Part shown: positions 42,782-53,228 of the stretch, one piece after another
How the letters are laid out: each line of letters opens with the position of its first letter
Position numbering within the stretch: the first letter of the stretch is position 1
Source: Candidatus Bathyarchaeota archaeon
GTDB lineage: Archaea; Thermoproteota; Bathyarchaeia; 40CM-2-53-6; RBG-13-38-9
Reading direction: 5' to 3'
Length of the DNA stretch: 64,000 nt
Assembly (NCBI GenBank): GCA_963807605.1
Contig: CAWECG010000001.1
Span: forward strand, 448,001-512,000
The notes under the pieces: generated by a model
What the model saw: only the letters and a program-made list of their open reading frames with translations
Told to the model about the DNA's origin: nothing
The model's database searches: none
Made by a program: the position numbers and the translations under genes

Positions 42782-42938
42782 CCGTGCCAATCGATCTAAC
42801 TGACAGCAATCACGTTATATCTTTATCCCGCAATCGAAGACGGTCGCAAGATCATATTTCCGATAAGTTTGATTAGTTGCTTCTAGATTAATTCTACCAC
42901 CTAAGCCTTCCCAGAAACCGGAAAGAGCCTATGTTGAG

Positions 42939-43235
42939 GTGAGAGTCTTGAGCCGAACCCGCAATGAGGACAGGTTTGAGAGCAATTATCTCACTGCCTT
43001 CAGCAACGTGGTAGCCTCGGACATCAAGATCAGAATTGTCTTGTGCCTGAACAAGACGGAGAAAGGCTCATCCAAGGAGGAGTTTCTTAAGACCTCTCTC
43101 GCTGGAAACGAAGGGATCTTTGAATACAATATCAACGAACTTATCAGATCAGGAGTCGTATCATCCGATTCGCCTTACATGCTGACAAAACTTGGAGAAG
43201 TTGTAGCCAAGAATCTACGACAGGTAATACCGTAA
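42939..43235 (+). CDS. Small winged-helix (ArsR-like) protein
   Basis: IKIRIVLCL..., FEYNINELIRSGVV..YMLTKLG pattern. Confidence 0.55.
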   Translation: MRVLSRTRNEDRFESNYLTAFSNVVASDIKIRIVLCLNKTEKGSSKEEFLKTSLAGNEGIFEYNINELIRSGVVSSDSPYMLTKLGEVVAKNLRQVIP

Positions 43236-43314
43236 GACAAAACGTTTGCAATCTGTATTACATTTTTACCGTAGAGCATTTATCACTCTGGTATGCAGGG
43301 CGCACGCGTTGCCC

Positions 43315-43956
43315 TCACCTTACCTTGAATTCGCAACCTAGCTTCTCAGCAATTCTCTCACATTTGGAAATGCCTACGCCCTCAACCTCTACAACTGTCA
43401 ATATGACTTCAGACAGGACTATCTTGCAGTCTCTAGCGAAGTCAAGGACAGCTTGATAGACTCCTGCCAGTGAAGGACTGCAAATCACATCGTATTTCTC
43501 TGAACTTTCGGCATTAAGACTTATCGAGACCGAGTCGATACCAGCATCCTTCAGTTCCGCTGCCACATTCCTCTCCTTATTGATTAGTTGGCCCAGCCCG
43601 TTTGTATTCAAACGGACTTTCAGGCGCGGATATTTCGATCTTATCCTTCGAGTAACCTCAAGGACTATGTCCAATCTTATTGTCGGCTCTCCAAATCCAC
43701 ACCAAACCACTTCCTTATCTGACTCTTTCACCTCATCTTGGAGACCTTTCCAAACCTCATCAACCATCGGTTCCCTGTCGAGTCGCAATCTATAGCCAGA
43801 TAGACCGTCAGAGTGGTTCTTGACACAAAAGGAACATCTGTTTGTGCAACGATTTGTTATGTTCAGATAGATAGTGTCAGGCTTGGGGTCATATCTGTAT
43901 ACGATGCAACCGCCAAGGATGCTTGATTCGTTGGAATTCATTGAACGGATAGTCAT
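43315..43956 (-). CDS. TatD-associated-type radical SAM protein
   Basis: IYLNITNRCTNRCSFC, WCGFGEPT, RLNTNGLG and SISLNA. Confidence 0.88.
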   Translation of the reverse strand: MTIRSMNSNESSILGGCIVYRYDPKPDTIYLNITNRCTNRCSFCVKNHSDGLSGYRLRLDREPMVDEVWKGLQDEVKESDKEVVWCGFGEPTIRLDIVLEVTRRIRSKYPRLKVRLNTNGLGQLINKERNVAAELKDAGIDSVSISLNAESSEKYDVICSPSLAGVYQAVLDFARDCKIVLSEVILTVVEVEGVGISKCERIAEKLGCEFKVR

Positions 43957-44052
43957 CTGATCTCTTAACCATCTCGTAGGAAAAGAACTGACTAAAGAAA
44001 AAGGATATTCATAGCCCGTCCTTACAGTCTGGATTCGCGCGCGCTAGTGTGC

Positions 44053-44613
44053 TCATTTGCTCAGTTTCTTAGTCCAGTCTACCAGCGTCTGCAGAAGATT
44101 CCTAATTCTTTCCTTTTCTTCCGCATTTTTCAGATTGCCGTTTTCGTCAAATTTCGCCGGGGCGTAGGGAATCATCACTTCGGGGGTATTTATTGGAAGC
44201 ATGTTCAGGAATACAAAGCACTGACGAAGATGATATTGAGCTCTTGCAGTGCCAAGCATGCCTGTTGAAGCGCCCATCACAGCAACAGGTTTGCCTTCAA
44301 AAGCATTATCGCCGTACGGTCTTGAAGCACAATCGATGGCATTTTTCAGGACACCAGGAATCGAATAGTTGTATTCGGGGGTTACAATCAGAATCGCATC
44401 AGCTCTCCTAATCCTCTCCTTAAATTCTACCACTTTTGGTCCTGGATTTTGTTCTAGATCCTGGTTGAAGGTGGGCATTCCTTCTAGATCGAAGATTTCT
44501 ACCTCTGCGTCTGTTGGAACCAGTTTCGCCGCAACCTTAAGGGCCATTTTGTTATAGGACCCTTTCCTAAGACTCCCGGCAAAGCCAAGAATTCTGATTT
44601 TTTTATCAGTCAT
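44053..44613 (-). CDS. NADPH-dependent FMN reductase (ChrR-like)
   Basis: GSLRKGSYN, TPEYNYSIPGVLKNAID and GTARAQYHLRQ; ATG at 44613. Confidence 0.92.
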   Translation of the reverse strand: MTDKKIRILGFAGSLRKGSYNKMALKVAAKLVPTDAEVEIFDLEGMPTFNQDLEQNPGPKVVEFKERIRRADAILIVTPEYNYSIPGVLKNAIDCASRPYGDNAFEGKPVAVMGASTGMLGTARAQYHLRQCFVFLNMLPINTPEVMIPYAPAKFDENGNLKNAEEKERIRNLLQTLVDWTKKLSK

Positions 44614-44711
44614 ACTTTCTAAATCTTCTTGAAAAACTAACAGGCTTATCTCTGCAACCAATATTGTACTAGATGTTCTAAGTTCTTTTTGCTTTTCGCT
44701 ATACACGCACC

Positions 44712-44900
44712 TTATCCATGCGCTGGCTCTGACCCCTCTCGGTGTTTCCTCCAAAGTTCAGACATTTCTTCAGCCAAATCTTTGTGGCGAAACTCCCAAG
44801 ACATATGGGCGTCGTGACATTCTGCGCAGAATTTTTTTCCGCAAAACTCGCAGCTTTTCAGTTTTGAGAAATTCTTTCCACATTCATCACATTTCGGCAT
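44712..44900 (-). CDS. Small zinc-finger protein (AN1-like)
   Basis: CDECG..CEFCGKKFCAECH..H; GGGGTGA RBS. Confidence 0.65.
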   Translation of the reverse strand: MPKCDECGKNFSKLKSCEFCGKKFCAECHDAHMSWEFRHKDLAEEMSELWRKHREGSEPAHG

Positions 44901-45131
44901 AGTAACTAATCACCCCGGACGTGGTTTATGAAAGTATGAATTGTCTCAAATTGAGGGTTAGTCTCCTTGATCTTATTAGCGTTACCGGCAGGCGTGTGCT
45001 ATTAAGAATGCATACTTGCCCTTGATGGATATCGACAAAACACTCTTGTCTAACATATCCCACAGTAAATCTCAGTACCCAACTCTTGAACTCCACTCGA
45101 ACAATTTCGAAATCGCTCTGTGACATTCAGG

Positions 45132-45306
45132 ATGACGGCTAAGGGCAAATCGATCAACGCTACCATGAAGATATTCGTGTTATACATCGGGATACTCCTT
45201 ACAAGGGCGGGTTTTGGTTCAATACTTCTTCTCTTCCCGTTGTACCTGAATGTAGGCAGTGTCGAACTGGAGCAGCGTTATCGGGTATCCAATCGCTGAG
45301 TTCGCG
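45132..45306 (+). pseudogene. Truncated, frameshifted N-terminus of an MFS-type transporter
   Basis: MKIFVLYIGILLTRAGFGSILLLFPLYL...GAALS.YPIAEFA (TM1-TM2 pattern); ends exactly at TTCGCGCGCGCTA. Confidence 0.5.
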
Positions 45307-45759
45307 CGCGCTACCGTGAAACCAGAGAAAAACGAGAGATCACACCTAAACCAACTGCGTCATTCAGATCAGCTCTCTCTGAAGTACTAGTTGTCATTTA
45401 TCTCGCTATTGCACGTTTATCTTCAGATAAATCAAGAAATCCTATTGTTTTCTCATTAGCTGAAATTCTTCATACTCTGCATTGACATAATGTGCTCAAA
45501 GGTATTACGAGAAAGGATTAAATGTATTACTTTGGTATACGTAAACCAAGATGTTGGGTAATGATGGAGCTATTAGTCTGTCCACACTGCAGCGAAACCC
45601 TTCGTAATGACGACTACTACCTCCACATCCACCTATGCGCTGCTTGCGCACAAGAATCCGAGACTTGACCGTAGGCGTGCCGCACAAATCATGTGACTGA
45701 AGATCTTTCTCTTAGAACGTTATCTATTTTACGTCTAACTCGTGTGAAGTGTGTAATAG

Positions 45760-46821
45760 GTGGCAGCGGGCAATATCGTTCATGTAGTTGGAACAGGGAC
45801 GATAGGTGAACCGCTGATAGGTCTGCTAGCAGATTTGCGGAAGGATTTAGGCATCGATGAAGTGACCTTCTCTAAGCGCACTCCGTTACTAGTTGATCGA
45901 ACGAAGGTGCAGAATTTAATCAAGCGAGGAGCTAAGCTCTGTATCGAAAAGGAGAAGGTTGACGATTTCAAGAAGTTGGATCTAGACGCAGATTATGAAT
46001 ATGAGGAAGCTATCTCGAGGGCCTCAGTGGTCGTAGACTGCACGCCAGCCGGCTTGAAGAACAAGGATCAGTACTATAGGAGGTTTGAAGACCGGGTCAG
46101 ATGTTTTGCAGCTCAAGGTTCAGAGTTTGGGTTTGGAAAGATGTACGCACTGGGGATAAATGATGAGGCTCTTACCCCAGACGACAGATACATCCAAGTG
46201 ATGAGCTGTAACACACACAACATAGCAGTCATAGTCAAGACCTTAGCTACCGATGGGCAGTCCTCTAAGCTCGCTGAGGGCAGATTTCTGTGCTTAAGAA
46301 GAGCTAACGACCTCAGCCAAGATGGAGGTTACATCCCATCACCCCAAGTTGATGAGCATAGCGATCCTCGTTTTGGAACACATCACGCCCGCGATGTCTA
46401 CTGGCTTTACAGGACCGTTGGGCTCGAGTTAAACCTCTTCTCAAGTTCAATCAAATTGAACACACAGTATATGCACGCAATCTGGTTTGATCTGCACTTA
46501 ACTGATAAGATCGATAAGGATGAGGCTGAGGAACGGTTTAGACGTAACCCTAGAGTTGCAGTTACCTACAAGAATTTGGCTAGCCTAGTCTTCTCTTTTG
46601 GACGCGACTATGGGTATTATGGTCGAATCCTGAATCAAACGGTGGTCGTGCTTCCTACTTTAACTGTTAGAAACGGAAGAGAGGTTATAGGATTCTGCTT
46701 CACTCCTCAAGACGGGAATAGCCTGTTGAGCAGCATAGCCGTTATCGAGCATGCGCTATACCAAGACTCTTGGGAGGAGAATATGAGAAAGCTCGATTCT
46801 TACCTCTTCAGTGAAGTATGA
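45760..46821 (+). CDS. Divergent archaeal (type II) glyceraldehyde-3-phosphate dehydrogenase-like oxidoreductase
   Basis: VVGTGTIG, VVDCTP, QGSE, MSCNTH (catalytic Cys), RRAND and THHARD. Confidence 0.7.
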   Translation: MAAGNIVHVVGTGTIGEPLIGLLADLRKDLGIDEVTFSKRTPLLVDRTKVQNLIKRGAKLCIEKEKVDDFKKLDLDADYEYEEAISRASVVVDCTPAGLKNKDQYYRRFEDRVRCFAAQGSEFGFGKMYALGINDEALTPDDRYIQVMSCNTHNIAVIVKTLATDGQSSKLAEGRFLCLRRANDLSQDGGYIPSPQVDEHSDPRFGTHHARDVYWLYRTVGLELNLFSSSIKLNTQYMHAIWFDLHLTDKIDKDEAEERFRRNPRVAVTYKNLASLVFSFGRDYGYYGRILNQTVVVLPTLTVRNGREVIGFCFTPQDGNSLLSSIAVIEHALYQDSWEENMRKLDSYLFSEV

Positions 46822-46876
46822 TCTCCACGCGGATCCTTAGAGTAGATAACCCATCATTGTAAATATCCGCAGGTTG

Positions 46877-47470
46877 TTAGGCAAATCGTTCTAGTGTCGT
46901 CTTTATTCTCTGAAAATCCTCTTCAAGGAAGGTTCTGTACTTGGCGTTGTACAAAGCTGAAGCGGGATGAAACGTGGGCATTATCGTTACTGGAACACTT
47001 AGGACTGCCTTTTCATAGATTTGTCCTCGAGTCTGAGTCATGCCGGGAAAGTCGATATTCACTTTCGATAAAATGTAACGTGTTGAGTGTCTGCCCAAGG
47101 GTGCTATGAGCTTTGGACTTATTATCTGAATCTGGCGATCAAGATAGGGCACACAGGCCATTATCTCATCTGGCCGCGGGTCCCTGTTCTCAGGAGGCCT
47201 GTGCTTAACCACATTTCCTATGTAGACATCAGTTCTCTTGAGCGCAATACTAGCAAGCAGTTTATCGAGTAGTCTGCCTGCGGTCCCGACGAAGGGTCTA
47301 CCCTCGATATCTTCACGATAACCAGGGGCTTCTCCTATTAGCATGAGAGAAGCGTCTAGGTTTCCCTCGCCCGGGACAGAGTTCTTAGCGCTCCTCCAAA
47401 GCTCACACTTTCGACAGACCCTTGTCTCAGCAACTAACCTATCCATAGGTTCCTGCTTCGACATATTCAC
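46877..47470 (-). CDS. udg: Uracil-DNA glycosylase family 4
   Basis: CRKCEL, GEAPG, GRPFVG, RPPENRDP and FHPASALY. Confidence 0.93.
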   Translation of the reverse strand: MNMSKQEPMDRLVAETRVCRKCELWRSAKNSVPGEGNLDASLMLIGEAPGYREDIEGRPFVGTAGRLLDKLLASIALKRTDVYIGNVVKHRPPENRDPRPDEIMACVPYLDRQIQIISPKLIAPLGRHSTRYILSKVNIDFPGMTQTRGQIYEKAVLSVPVTIMPTFHPASALYNAKYRTFLEEDFQRIKTTLERFA

Positions 47471-47531
47471 AAGAGTCGCCCCAAATAGAGCAAGTCAAAG
47501 TAACAGCGCGCGCTAGTCTCAGTGCGTACAC

Positions 47532-48158
47532 TTATTCAGGGATTTGGTATTTCTTAACCTCTTGCTCGTAGAGGCTCCTGCCATGAGAGTCTATCGCTAC
47601 GATGCAAGGGAAGTCCTCCACATATAATTCTCTAATGCCTTCTGGCCCTAGGTCATCATATGCGATAATCTTCGAGGTCTTGATGGTCTTTGCGAGGAGA
47701 GCTCCTGCTCCACCTGTCGCAGCAAAATAGACTGATTTGTTTCTTATGATAGCTTCTATGACGGCCCTGCTGCGCTGACCCTTGCCGATGGTGCCCTTGA
47801 TTCCAGCATCCAATAGCTGAGGTGTGTATGGATCCATTCGGCCGCTTGTGGTAGGCCCGGCGGAACCAATTACTCCTCCGGGCTTTTCTGGTGTTGGTCC
47901 TACGTAGTAAACCACTTGACCCTTAACCTCAAAGGGCAGGTGCTTTCCCTCCTTGATCAATGGGACGAGTCTTTTGTGGGTAGCATCTCTTGCGGTGTAA
48001 ATCTTGCCTGTAAGAAGGACTTTGTCACCAGCTTCCAGTTTCTCCACATCCTCCGCCTTCAAAGGTGTGTGAAGAACAATCTGTTTAGTCAGACAATTCC
48101 CTCTTTCAAATGATTGCTGTCTTGTGACGTTGAGCATGGCATTGAAGGTTGACTGCAA
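47532..48158 (-). CDS. Fe-S hydro-lyase (fumarate hydratase/tartrate dehydratase) beta subunit
   Basis: IYTARDATH, YYVGP, AGPTTSGRM, IGKG and DLGPEG; true start probably near 48092. Confidence 0.9.
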   Translation of the reverse strand: MQSTFNAMLNVTRQQSFERGNCLTKQIVLHTPLKAEDVEKLEAGDKVLLTGKIYTARDATHKRLVPLIKEGKHLPFEVKGQVVYYVGPTPEKPGGVIGSAGPTTSGRMDPYTPQLLDAGIKGTIGKGQRSRAVIEAIIRNKSVYFAATGGAGALLAKTIKTSKIIAYDDLGPEGIRELYVEDFPCIVAIDSHGRSLYEQEVKKYQIPE

Positions 48159-48964
48159 CAGGCATACTGGCGATATGGCAAGGCATAGTTATGATATGGA
48201 CTGCTAATGCTGTTGTTCTGCCCCCCAAACCTAGGGGTCCTATCCCAAGTCTATTGATCCTTGCCAATAGTTCCTCTTCAACGGCATTCCATCTTGGATC
48301 AGGGTTCTTCATGTCGAGCGGCCTTAGGAGAGCCTTCTTTGACAGGTAGGCGCATTGCTCAAAATTGCCTCCGATGCCTACACCCACCACAACTGGAGGA
48401 CATGGCATTCCGCCAGATCTCCTTACGCGGTCGATGACGAAATCCTTGATCCCCTCAATGCCGTCGGCAGGTTTCATCATCCTGACTTCACTCATATTCT
48501 CTGAGCCAGCCCCTTTTGGAGCCACGGTGATCTTGACATAACTTCCTGGATCAATCTCTGTGTGAATGATGGCGGGGGTATTGGTTTTCGTATTCTTTCG
48601 TTCGAAGACCAGGGTCGTCCACAATCGATTTTCTCAGATAGCCATCCCGATAGCCCTGCCTAACACCCTCATTGATTGCTTCAGTGAAGTCTCCCCCGAT
48701 AATATGCAAATCTTGTCCCAACTCAACGAAAACAACGGCGACCCCTGTGTCCTGACACATAGGCATCTGCTCATTGGCGGCCAATAGAGCATTTACCAAC
48801 AACTGTTCTAAGATCTCTTTTCCGATTGGAGAATCTTCCATCCTCGCGAATTCTTCCATCTTCTCTGTGACGTCTTTATTGAGATAGGTGTTGGCATCCA
48901 TGCATAGCCTTCTAACGACTGAAGTGATTTCGGAAACGTTGATTTCCCTCATATGTTTCCCCAA
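48106..48964 (-). CDS. Fe-S hydro-lyase (fumarate hydratase) alpha subunit, 1-nt frameshift near 48610
   Basis: PMCQDTG and [10 protein letters not shown] in 48551-48964; [27 protein letters not shown] and CHIAS.PVAVN.QCHA in 48106-48624. Confidence 0.88.
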
Positions 48965-49012
48965 TTCTGTAGTCTCAGTGAGTTGGCGATTAACACTAGG
49001 GATCGCTCCTCT

Positions 49013-49837
49013 CTAAGCTAGTCTGGACAAGATCTCTTCTCGTCTGAAGAGCCTTACCCCCATCCGGAATACTAGCAAATCGACTATTGCGAGTAGTACT
49101 ATCAGCCCCGCAACCACCACGGATCCAAAGACTACGACTCCAGCCATCTGGCCAAATACCAACATGAGAATTGGAATCAGCAGGAGACCACTAATTTGCT
49201 GGGCCTCCTTGAAGCCCTTTACTCTGGCGGAGACGATAACCGTCAAACCGATGGCGACAAGCGCGATAGTTGGAGCAAGCCCAAGAATCAACATAATCCA
49301 GACTATATTTGGAAGCAAGAACTTTCCCTGAAGGAGGATTACGGAAACAATGTCCACAACAGTCGAGTAAACCAAGAAAGAGACCAACGTCACTACCATA
49401 GATGGAATGAAAGACACCAATACTTTGCCCAGAAGTAGTTCGCTGTCCGTTATAGGTGTCGCCAAAAGAGCTTCAATCGTTTTCCTTTCTTTCTCTCCGG
49501 CGAAGCTATCTGACGCTATTACGCTTGAGGCCATGACTGGAATAATGAGAAAGAAAGGAGCAAAGTAATACAGAGTCATAACAGATAGCAAGACTTGTTG
49601 AGCCGTCATTCCCTCAAGTTCTTCTTTCACTTGGGTGGGTAAATTAGCAATCATCGCCTCAGTGTTGTTTAACGACGACCCAGGCACGGTAGCTAGGCCA
49701 GGCATAAGCACGACGATTAATGGAAGCACTATCGAAAACATGAACGGTACGAATAGTACTGGAAATATTATCTGCCAGTTTCTGCTGATCTCACGCCAAT
49801 CTTTTCTGAAGACGAGCAAAGCTTTGCGATATCTCAA
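49013..49837 (-). CDS. ABC-2 type transporter permease
   Basis: SFAGEKERKTIEALLATP, LLGK and KEAQQ; multiple TM helices. Confidence 0.88.
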   Translation of the reverse strand: MRYRKALLVFRKDWREISRNWQIIFPVLFVPFMFSIVLPLIVVLMPGLATVPGSSLNNTEAMIANLPTQVKEELEGMTAQQVLLSVMTLYYFAPFFLIIPVMASSVIASDSFAGEKERKTIEALLATPITDSELLLGKVLVSFIPSMVVTLVSFLVYSTVVDIVSVILLQGKFLLPNIVWIMLILGLAPTIALVAIGLTVIVSARVKGFKEAQQISGLLLIPILMLVFGQMAGVVVFGSVVVAGLIVLLAIVDLLVFRMGVRLFRREEILSRLA

Positions 49838-50778
49838 TTTTGTTCCCCATTAACCAGTCTTAGGTAGGCTTCTTCGAGGGATGGCCGAACGATGTTCGCC
49901 GAGAGAATCATTCCGTCAGCATAGACGACGTTCTTGATTACTTCTGGGGTGACCGAATCAATATCATCGACAGTAATCATCAGCTTGGTCCCAGAGGGAT
50001 CTACGCTGACTTCTCTCACGTGTTTGACGGTTCTAACAACTTCAATGATCTTCTCATCCAATTTCCTCAGTGTGAGTTGCAGAATCGGTTGACCGGCTAT
50101 CCTATTCTGAAGTCCTTCGGGTGTTCCTATAACGACACTTTTGCCTTTGTTTATGATCATAACTCTGCTACACAGTTTCTCGGCGTCTTCAAGTCGGTGA
50201 GTACAAAGCAGAATAGTATGCTTCTCTTCCCGAGTCAGCCTTTTCATCAGGTCTCTGATTCCCTTCGCCGATTCCGGGTCAAGACCCGAGGTCGGCTCGT
50301 CCAACAAGAGGATGGGGGGGTTGTGCACTAGCGCTCTCGCAGTTGCGAGTTTCTGTCTCATACCCTTCGAAAAAGCCGCTACTCTATCATTTCTCCGCTC
50401 CCACAGCTCGAATAAATCAAGCAACTCCCTAACCCTCTTCGCTTTCCCTCCTTCATCTGAAAGCCCGTAGGCTTCTGCGAAGAAATCCATATTCTCGTAG
50501 GCCGTCAGCCTATCGTACAGGCATGGGTTTTCAGTCAGGATCCCGACCGTCTGTCTAATCTTCAGCGCATCCCGACCGATCTCGAATCCACCTACGCTAG
50601 CAAAGCCCTCTGAAGGTGAAATAAGGCACGCAAGCAGTCGTACGGTAGTTGTTTTGCCAGCACCATTTGGACCCAAGAGTCCAAAGATCTCCCCCTCCCT
50701 CACCTTGAAGCTTAGGTGGTCTACTGCAGTGAGAGGCCCGAATCTTCTTGTTAGACCCTCAGTTTCGATGCTTGACAT
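49834..50778 (-). CDS. ABC transporter ATP-binding protein
   Basis: GPNGAGKTT, FSKGMRQK, LLDEPTSGLDP and PSLEEAYL. Confidence 0.93.
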   Translation of the reverse strand: MSSIETEGLTRRFGPLTAVDHLSFKVREGEIFGLLGPNGAGKTTTVRLLACLISPSEGFASVGGFEIGRDALKIRQTVGILTENPCLYDRLTAYENMDFFAEAYGLSDEGGKAKRVRELLDLFELWERRNDRVAAFSKGMRQKLATARALVHNPPILLLDEPTSGLDPESAKGIRDLMKRLTREEKHTILLCTHRLEDAEKLCSRVMIINKGKSVVIGTPEGLQNRIAGQPILQLTLRKLDEKIIEVVRTVKHVREVSVDPSGTKLMITVDDIDSVTPEVIKNVVYADGMILSANIVRPSLEEAYLRLVNGEQN

Positions 50779-51162
50779 TCTGATTGTTCTCGCACATTTG
50801 ACAAGGCCGCATCCGCATTACCTGCTTGTCCCAAATTTAACGTCTTCTTGTTATGAGCCATAAGATTAATTCACACGCGCCTTTAAGCTGCTCGAACAGA
50901 CGAAGCAAAGCACGACTTTGTTAGTCTCTAAGCCCCCCACAACGACGTCTTTGAAATCTCCAATTTCCCTGAGCATCAGGTCTTTTCCATGATGTTGAAG
51001 TTCTACACGAGCAACATCACGCAAATGAGAAATGTTCGCGTTGGTTCTAGTCATGGCTGTCAAGCAACAGCGTATATCAGCCAACAAAGTAGAGGGGGTG
51101 CGTGGGTACGCCAACGGTCATTACACATAAAAGTTACGAGCAGGTATTGAGAAGCGATTCTC

Positions 51163-51393
51163 ATGACTTGCTATTTTAGACATCTCAAAGGCATCTTCAA
51201 TGAAGCCGGAATTGAAATCACGAGCGAGAACAAGAAAGAGGTTGACCGAGTCATACACACTCTCGTGGGTGTAGACTATAAGAATTGTCCAGAGGCTTGG
51301 AGAGAAATAAAGAAAAGAATTGCAGAGGATAGAGAAGCCTTCGTTTCTAAACTGAAGAAAGAGCTCAAGACAACTCAAACAATGCGTGCGTAA
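51163..51393 (+). CDS. Small hypothetical protein
   Basis: MTCYFRHLK..AGIE.T.ENKKEVDR..H..VGV.YKNCP..W; helical, charged, gene-like. Confidence 0.65.
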   Translation: MTCYFRHLKGIFNEAGIEITSENKKEVDRVIHTLVGVDYKNCPEAWREIKKRIAEDREAFVSKLKKELKTTQTMRA

Positions 51394-51423
51394 GGCACGC
51401 GCTCGGATATCCAGTTTTAGATT

Positions 51424-51828
51424 TCAGCGGTGGCGTACATAGTCCGTGCTCTGAAATAGTTGACTTGAGATTATTAGATCTGCTGTAGATCTGTTGCAGG
51501 CAGTGGGCACGTTATACAATACCGATATTCTGAGAAGGGCTTTAACATCGACGTCATGGGGATGCGATGAGAGCGGATCCCAGAAGAAGATTAGGTAGTC
51601 CAGTTTCTCATTGGCGATCATGGCTCCGAGTTCCATGTCTCCGCCGTAGGGGCCGCCTTTGAGCAAAGTAACTTTCAAACCTATTTTCTCCATAATTCTC
51701 TTGCCGGTTTCTCCAGTGGCGTACAGGTTGTGAAATCCCAGCGTTCCCTTATTGAAATTCACCCATTCTACCAAATCGTCTTTCTTGTTGTCATGCGCGA
51801 CTAGGGCGATGTTTCTCTTAGGGATCAA
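51424..51828 (-). CDS. mgsA: Methylglyoxal synthase
   Basis: IALVAHDNKK, ATGETG, GPYGGD, FFWDPL, PHDVDVKAL and ACNRSTAD. Confidence 0.95.
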   Translation of the reverse strand: MIPKRNIALVAHDNKKDDLVEWVNFNKGTLGFHNLYATGETGKRIMEKIGLKVTLLKGGPYGGDMELGAMIANEKLDYLIFFWDPLSSHPHDVDVKALLRISVLYNVPTACNRSTADLIISSQLFQSTDYVRHR

Positions 51829-51947
51829 AATCTCACCGTTTCCAAATTGGTCTGGACACCCGAATATAACCGTTCGTCTCTTAAACTAGGGTAACGCGAG
51901 CTTGGACGACGGTAAATGCAACTGCTATGGAAGGTTGAAGGAGTGAT

Positions 51948-52538
51948 TTACGCGCGGTTATTCTGATCTGTGTCTTTGACCTTCCTGATGAGCCAGACCA
52001 TTTTCTTCCCGAAGTTCTTTGCAGTCAGTAGACCCTCCTCGTCTTTGGTTACTTCCCCTTTTTCTCTGCCAAAGGCTACATTCCAGTAGGTGGAGCCTGG
52101 AACGATCATCCCCTGATGAAGAAGGAAAAACAAAAGTTGGGCAAAGGTAAAGTTGTGTCCTGCTCTCCTCGCGACAACCACCGCCCCACCGATTTTGTTT
52201 TCGAAGACTCTGTTTCTGGCTCCTGACAGTTCTCCAGCTCTGTCGATTAGTGCCTTTATTTGAGGTGTCGCCGAACCGAAGTAAACGGGAGAGGATAAGA
52301 TTATGCCGTCTGCCTCGACCATCTTGTCAAAGATAGGCCTAAAGTCGTCCTTTATTTTGCATTCACCTGTCTTTTTGCAGGATAGGCAAGCATCGCACGG
52401 CTTGATCTCTCTGTTCGCTAAGCTGATCAGTTCTGTTTCAGCACCATCCTCTTTCGCTGCTTTCAGTGTCTCAGCGACTAGACGTTCGGTGTTTCCCCCC
52501 ACTCGAGGGCTTCCAACGATACCCAGTATGCGGATCAT
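51948..52538 (-). CDS. Iron-sulfur flavoprotein (flavodoxin-fold)
   Basis: GSPRVGGNT, CDACLSC.....C, SPVYFG, RRAG and GSTYWN. Confidence 0.9.
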   Translation of the reverse strand: MIRILGIVGSPRVGGNTERLVAETLKAAKEDGAETELISLANREIKPCDACLSCKKTGECKIKDDFRPIFDKMVEADGIILSSPVYFGSATPQIKALIDRAGELSGARNRVFENKIGGAVVVARRAGHNFTFAQLLFFLLHQGMIVPGSTYWNVAFGREKGEVTKDEEGLLTAKNFGKKMVWLIRKVKDTDQNNRA

Positions 52539-52609
52539 AAATAGAGCACGCTACAAGGTTCATCCTCTTACTATTGAATCCTGCGCCTCCAGCATAGTAT
52601 ATTTACGCG

Positions 52610-53137
52610 CTACCTGCGTGCCCAACAATCCAACGTCTGTTGGGAAGGACTGAAAGCGGCCCTTGTCATGCTATCTGCCCAATAATGCGACTGGAATTCC
52701 CGCTCAACATGTTTCCTATTAGCAGGGTTTGGGCTTTGGAGTCTTGGCTTGACTATCTCTTTGATATCATATCTTCTTTGGGATCGATTCCTAGAGGCGA
52801 TCCAGATCCCTGTACCGAGACGGATAATATCGTAGATTCTCTTTCCCCTTGAGTTGAGAGAAACACCAGATCTTCCTTTTCTAGGTATTTCGGCCAGCAA
52901 GATGACGTAGTCGAATGAATTTCTATAGTTCGCAATTTGTTTGACTGCTCTGCTTATAGGATCTCCAGAGCTTTTGTACTCAAATGCATAGAATCTCCCG
53001 TTTCGATAAGCGGCAACATCCACCCAATGATTCTGATCGTGAGGGTTATTGTGATATCCACATCTTAGCTCGGTTGGATAAACGACGTAGCCGATTCTCT
53101 TGAGTTGATCAACGAGAAATCCGTGGTCCGTGACCAT
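52610..53137 (-). CDS. PD-(D/E)XK nuclease-fold protein
   Basis: E..(VYPTELR), VDVAA..FYAFEYKS and Q..NY; ATG 53137 assumed. Confidence 0.65.
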   Translation of the reverse strand: MVTDHGFLVDQLKRIGYVVYPTELRCGYHNNPHDQNHWVDVAAYRNGRFYAFEYKSSGDPISRAVKQIANYRNSFDYVILLAEIPRKGRSGVSLNSRGKRIYDIIRLGTGIWIASRNRSQRRYDIKEIVKPRLQSPNPANRKHVEREFQSHYWADSMTRAAFSPSQQTLDCWARR

Positions 53138-53228
53138 AGGAGGACTCAAGAACTGATAATTCTGATAGAATAATAAGATCATAGATTAGCGAAAGTACGC
53201 CCGCGTTCGCTCCATTCTAGAGTGCAGG

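Noticed and set aside
42608-42790. 60-aa ORF on the minus strand
   Set aside because: It is the tRNA-Leu gene read as protein
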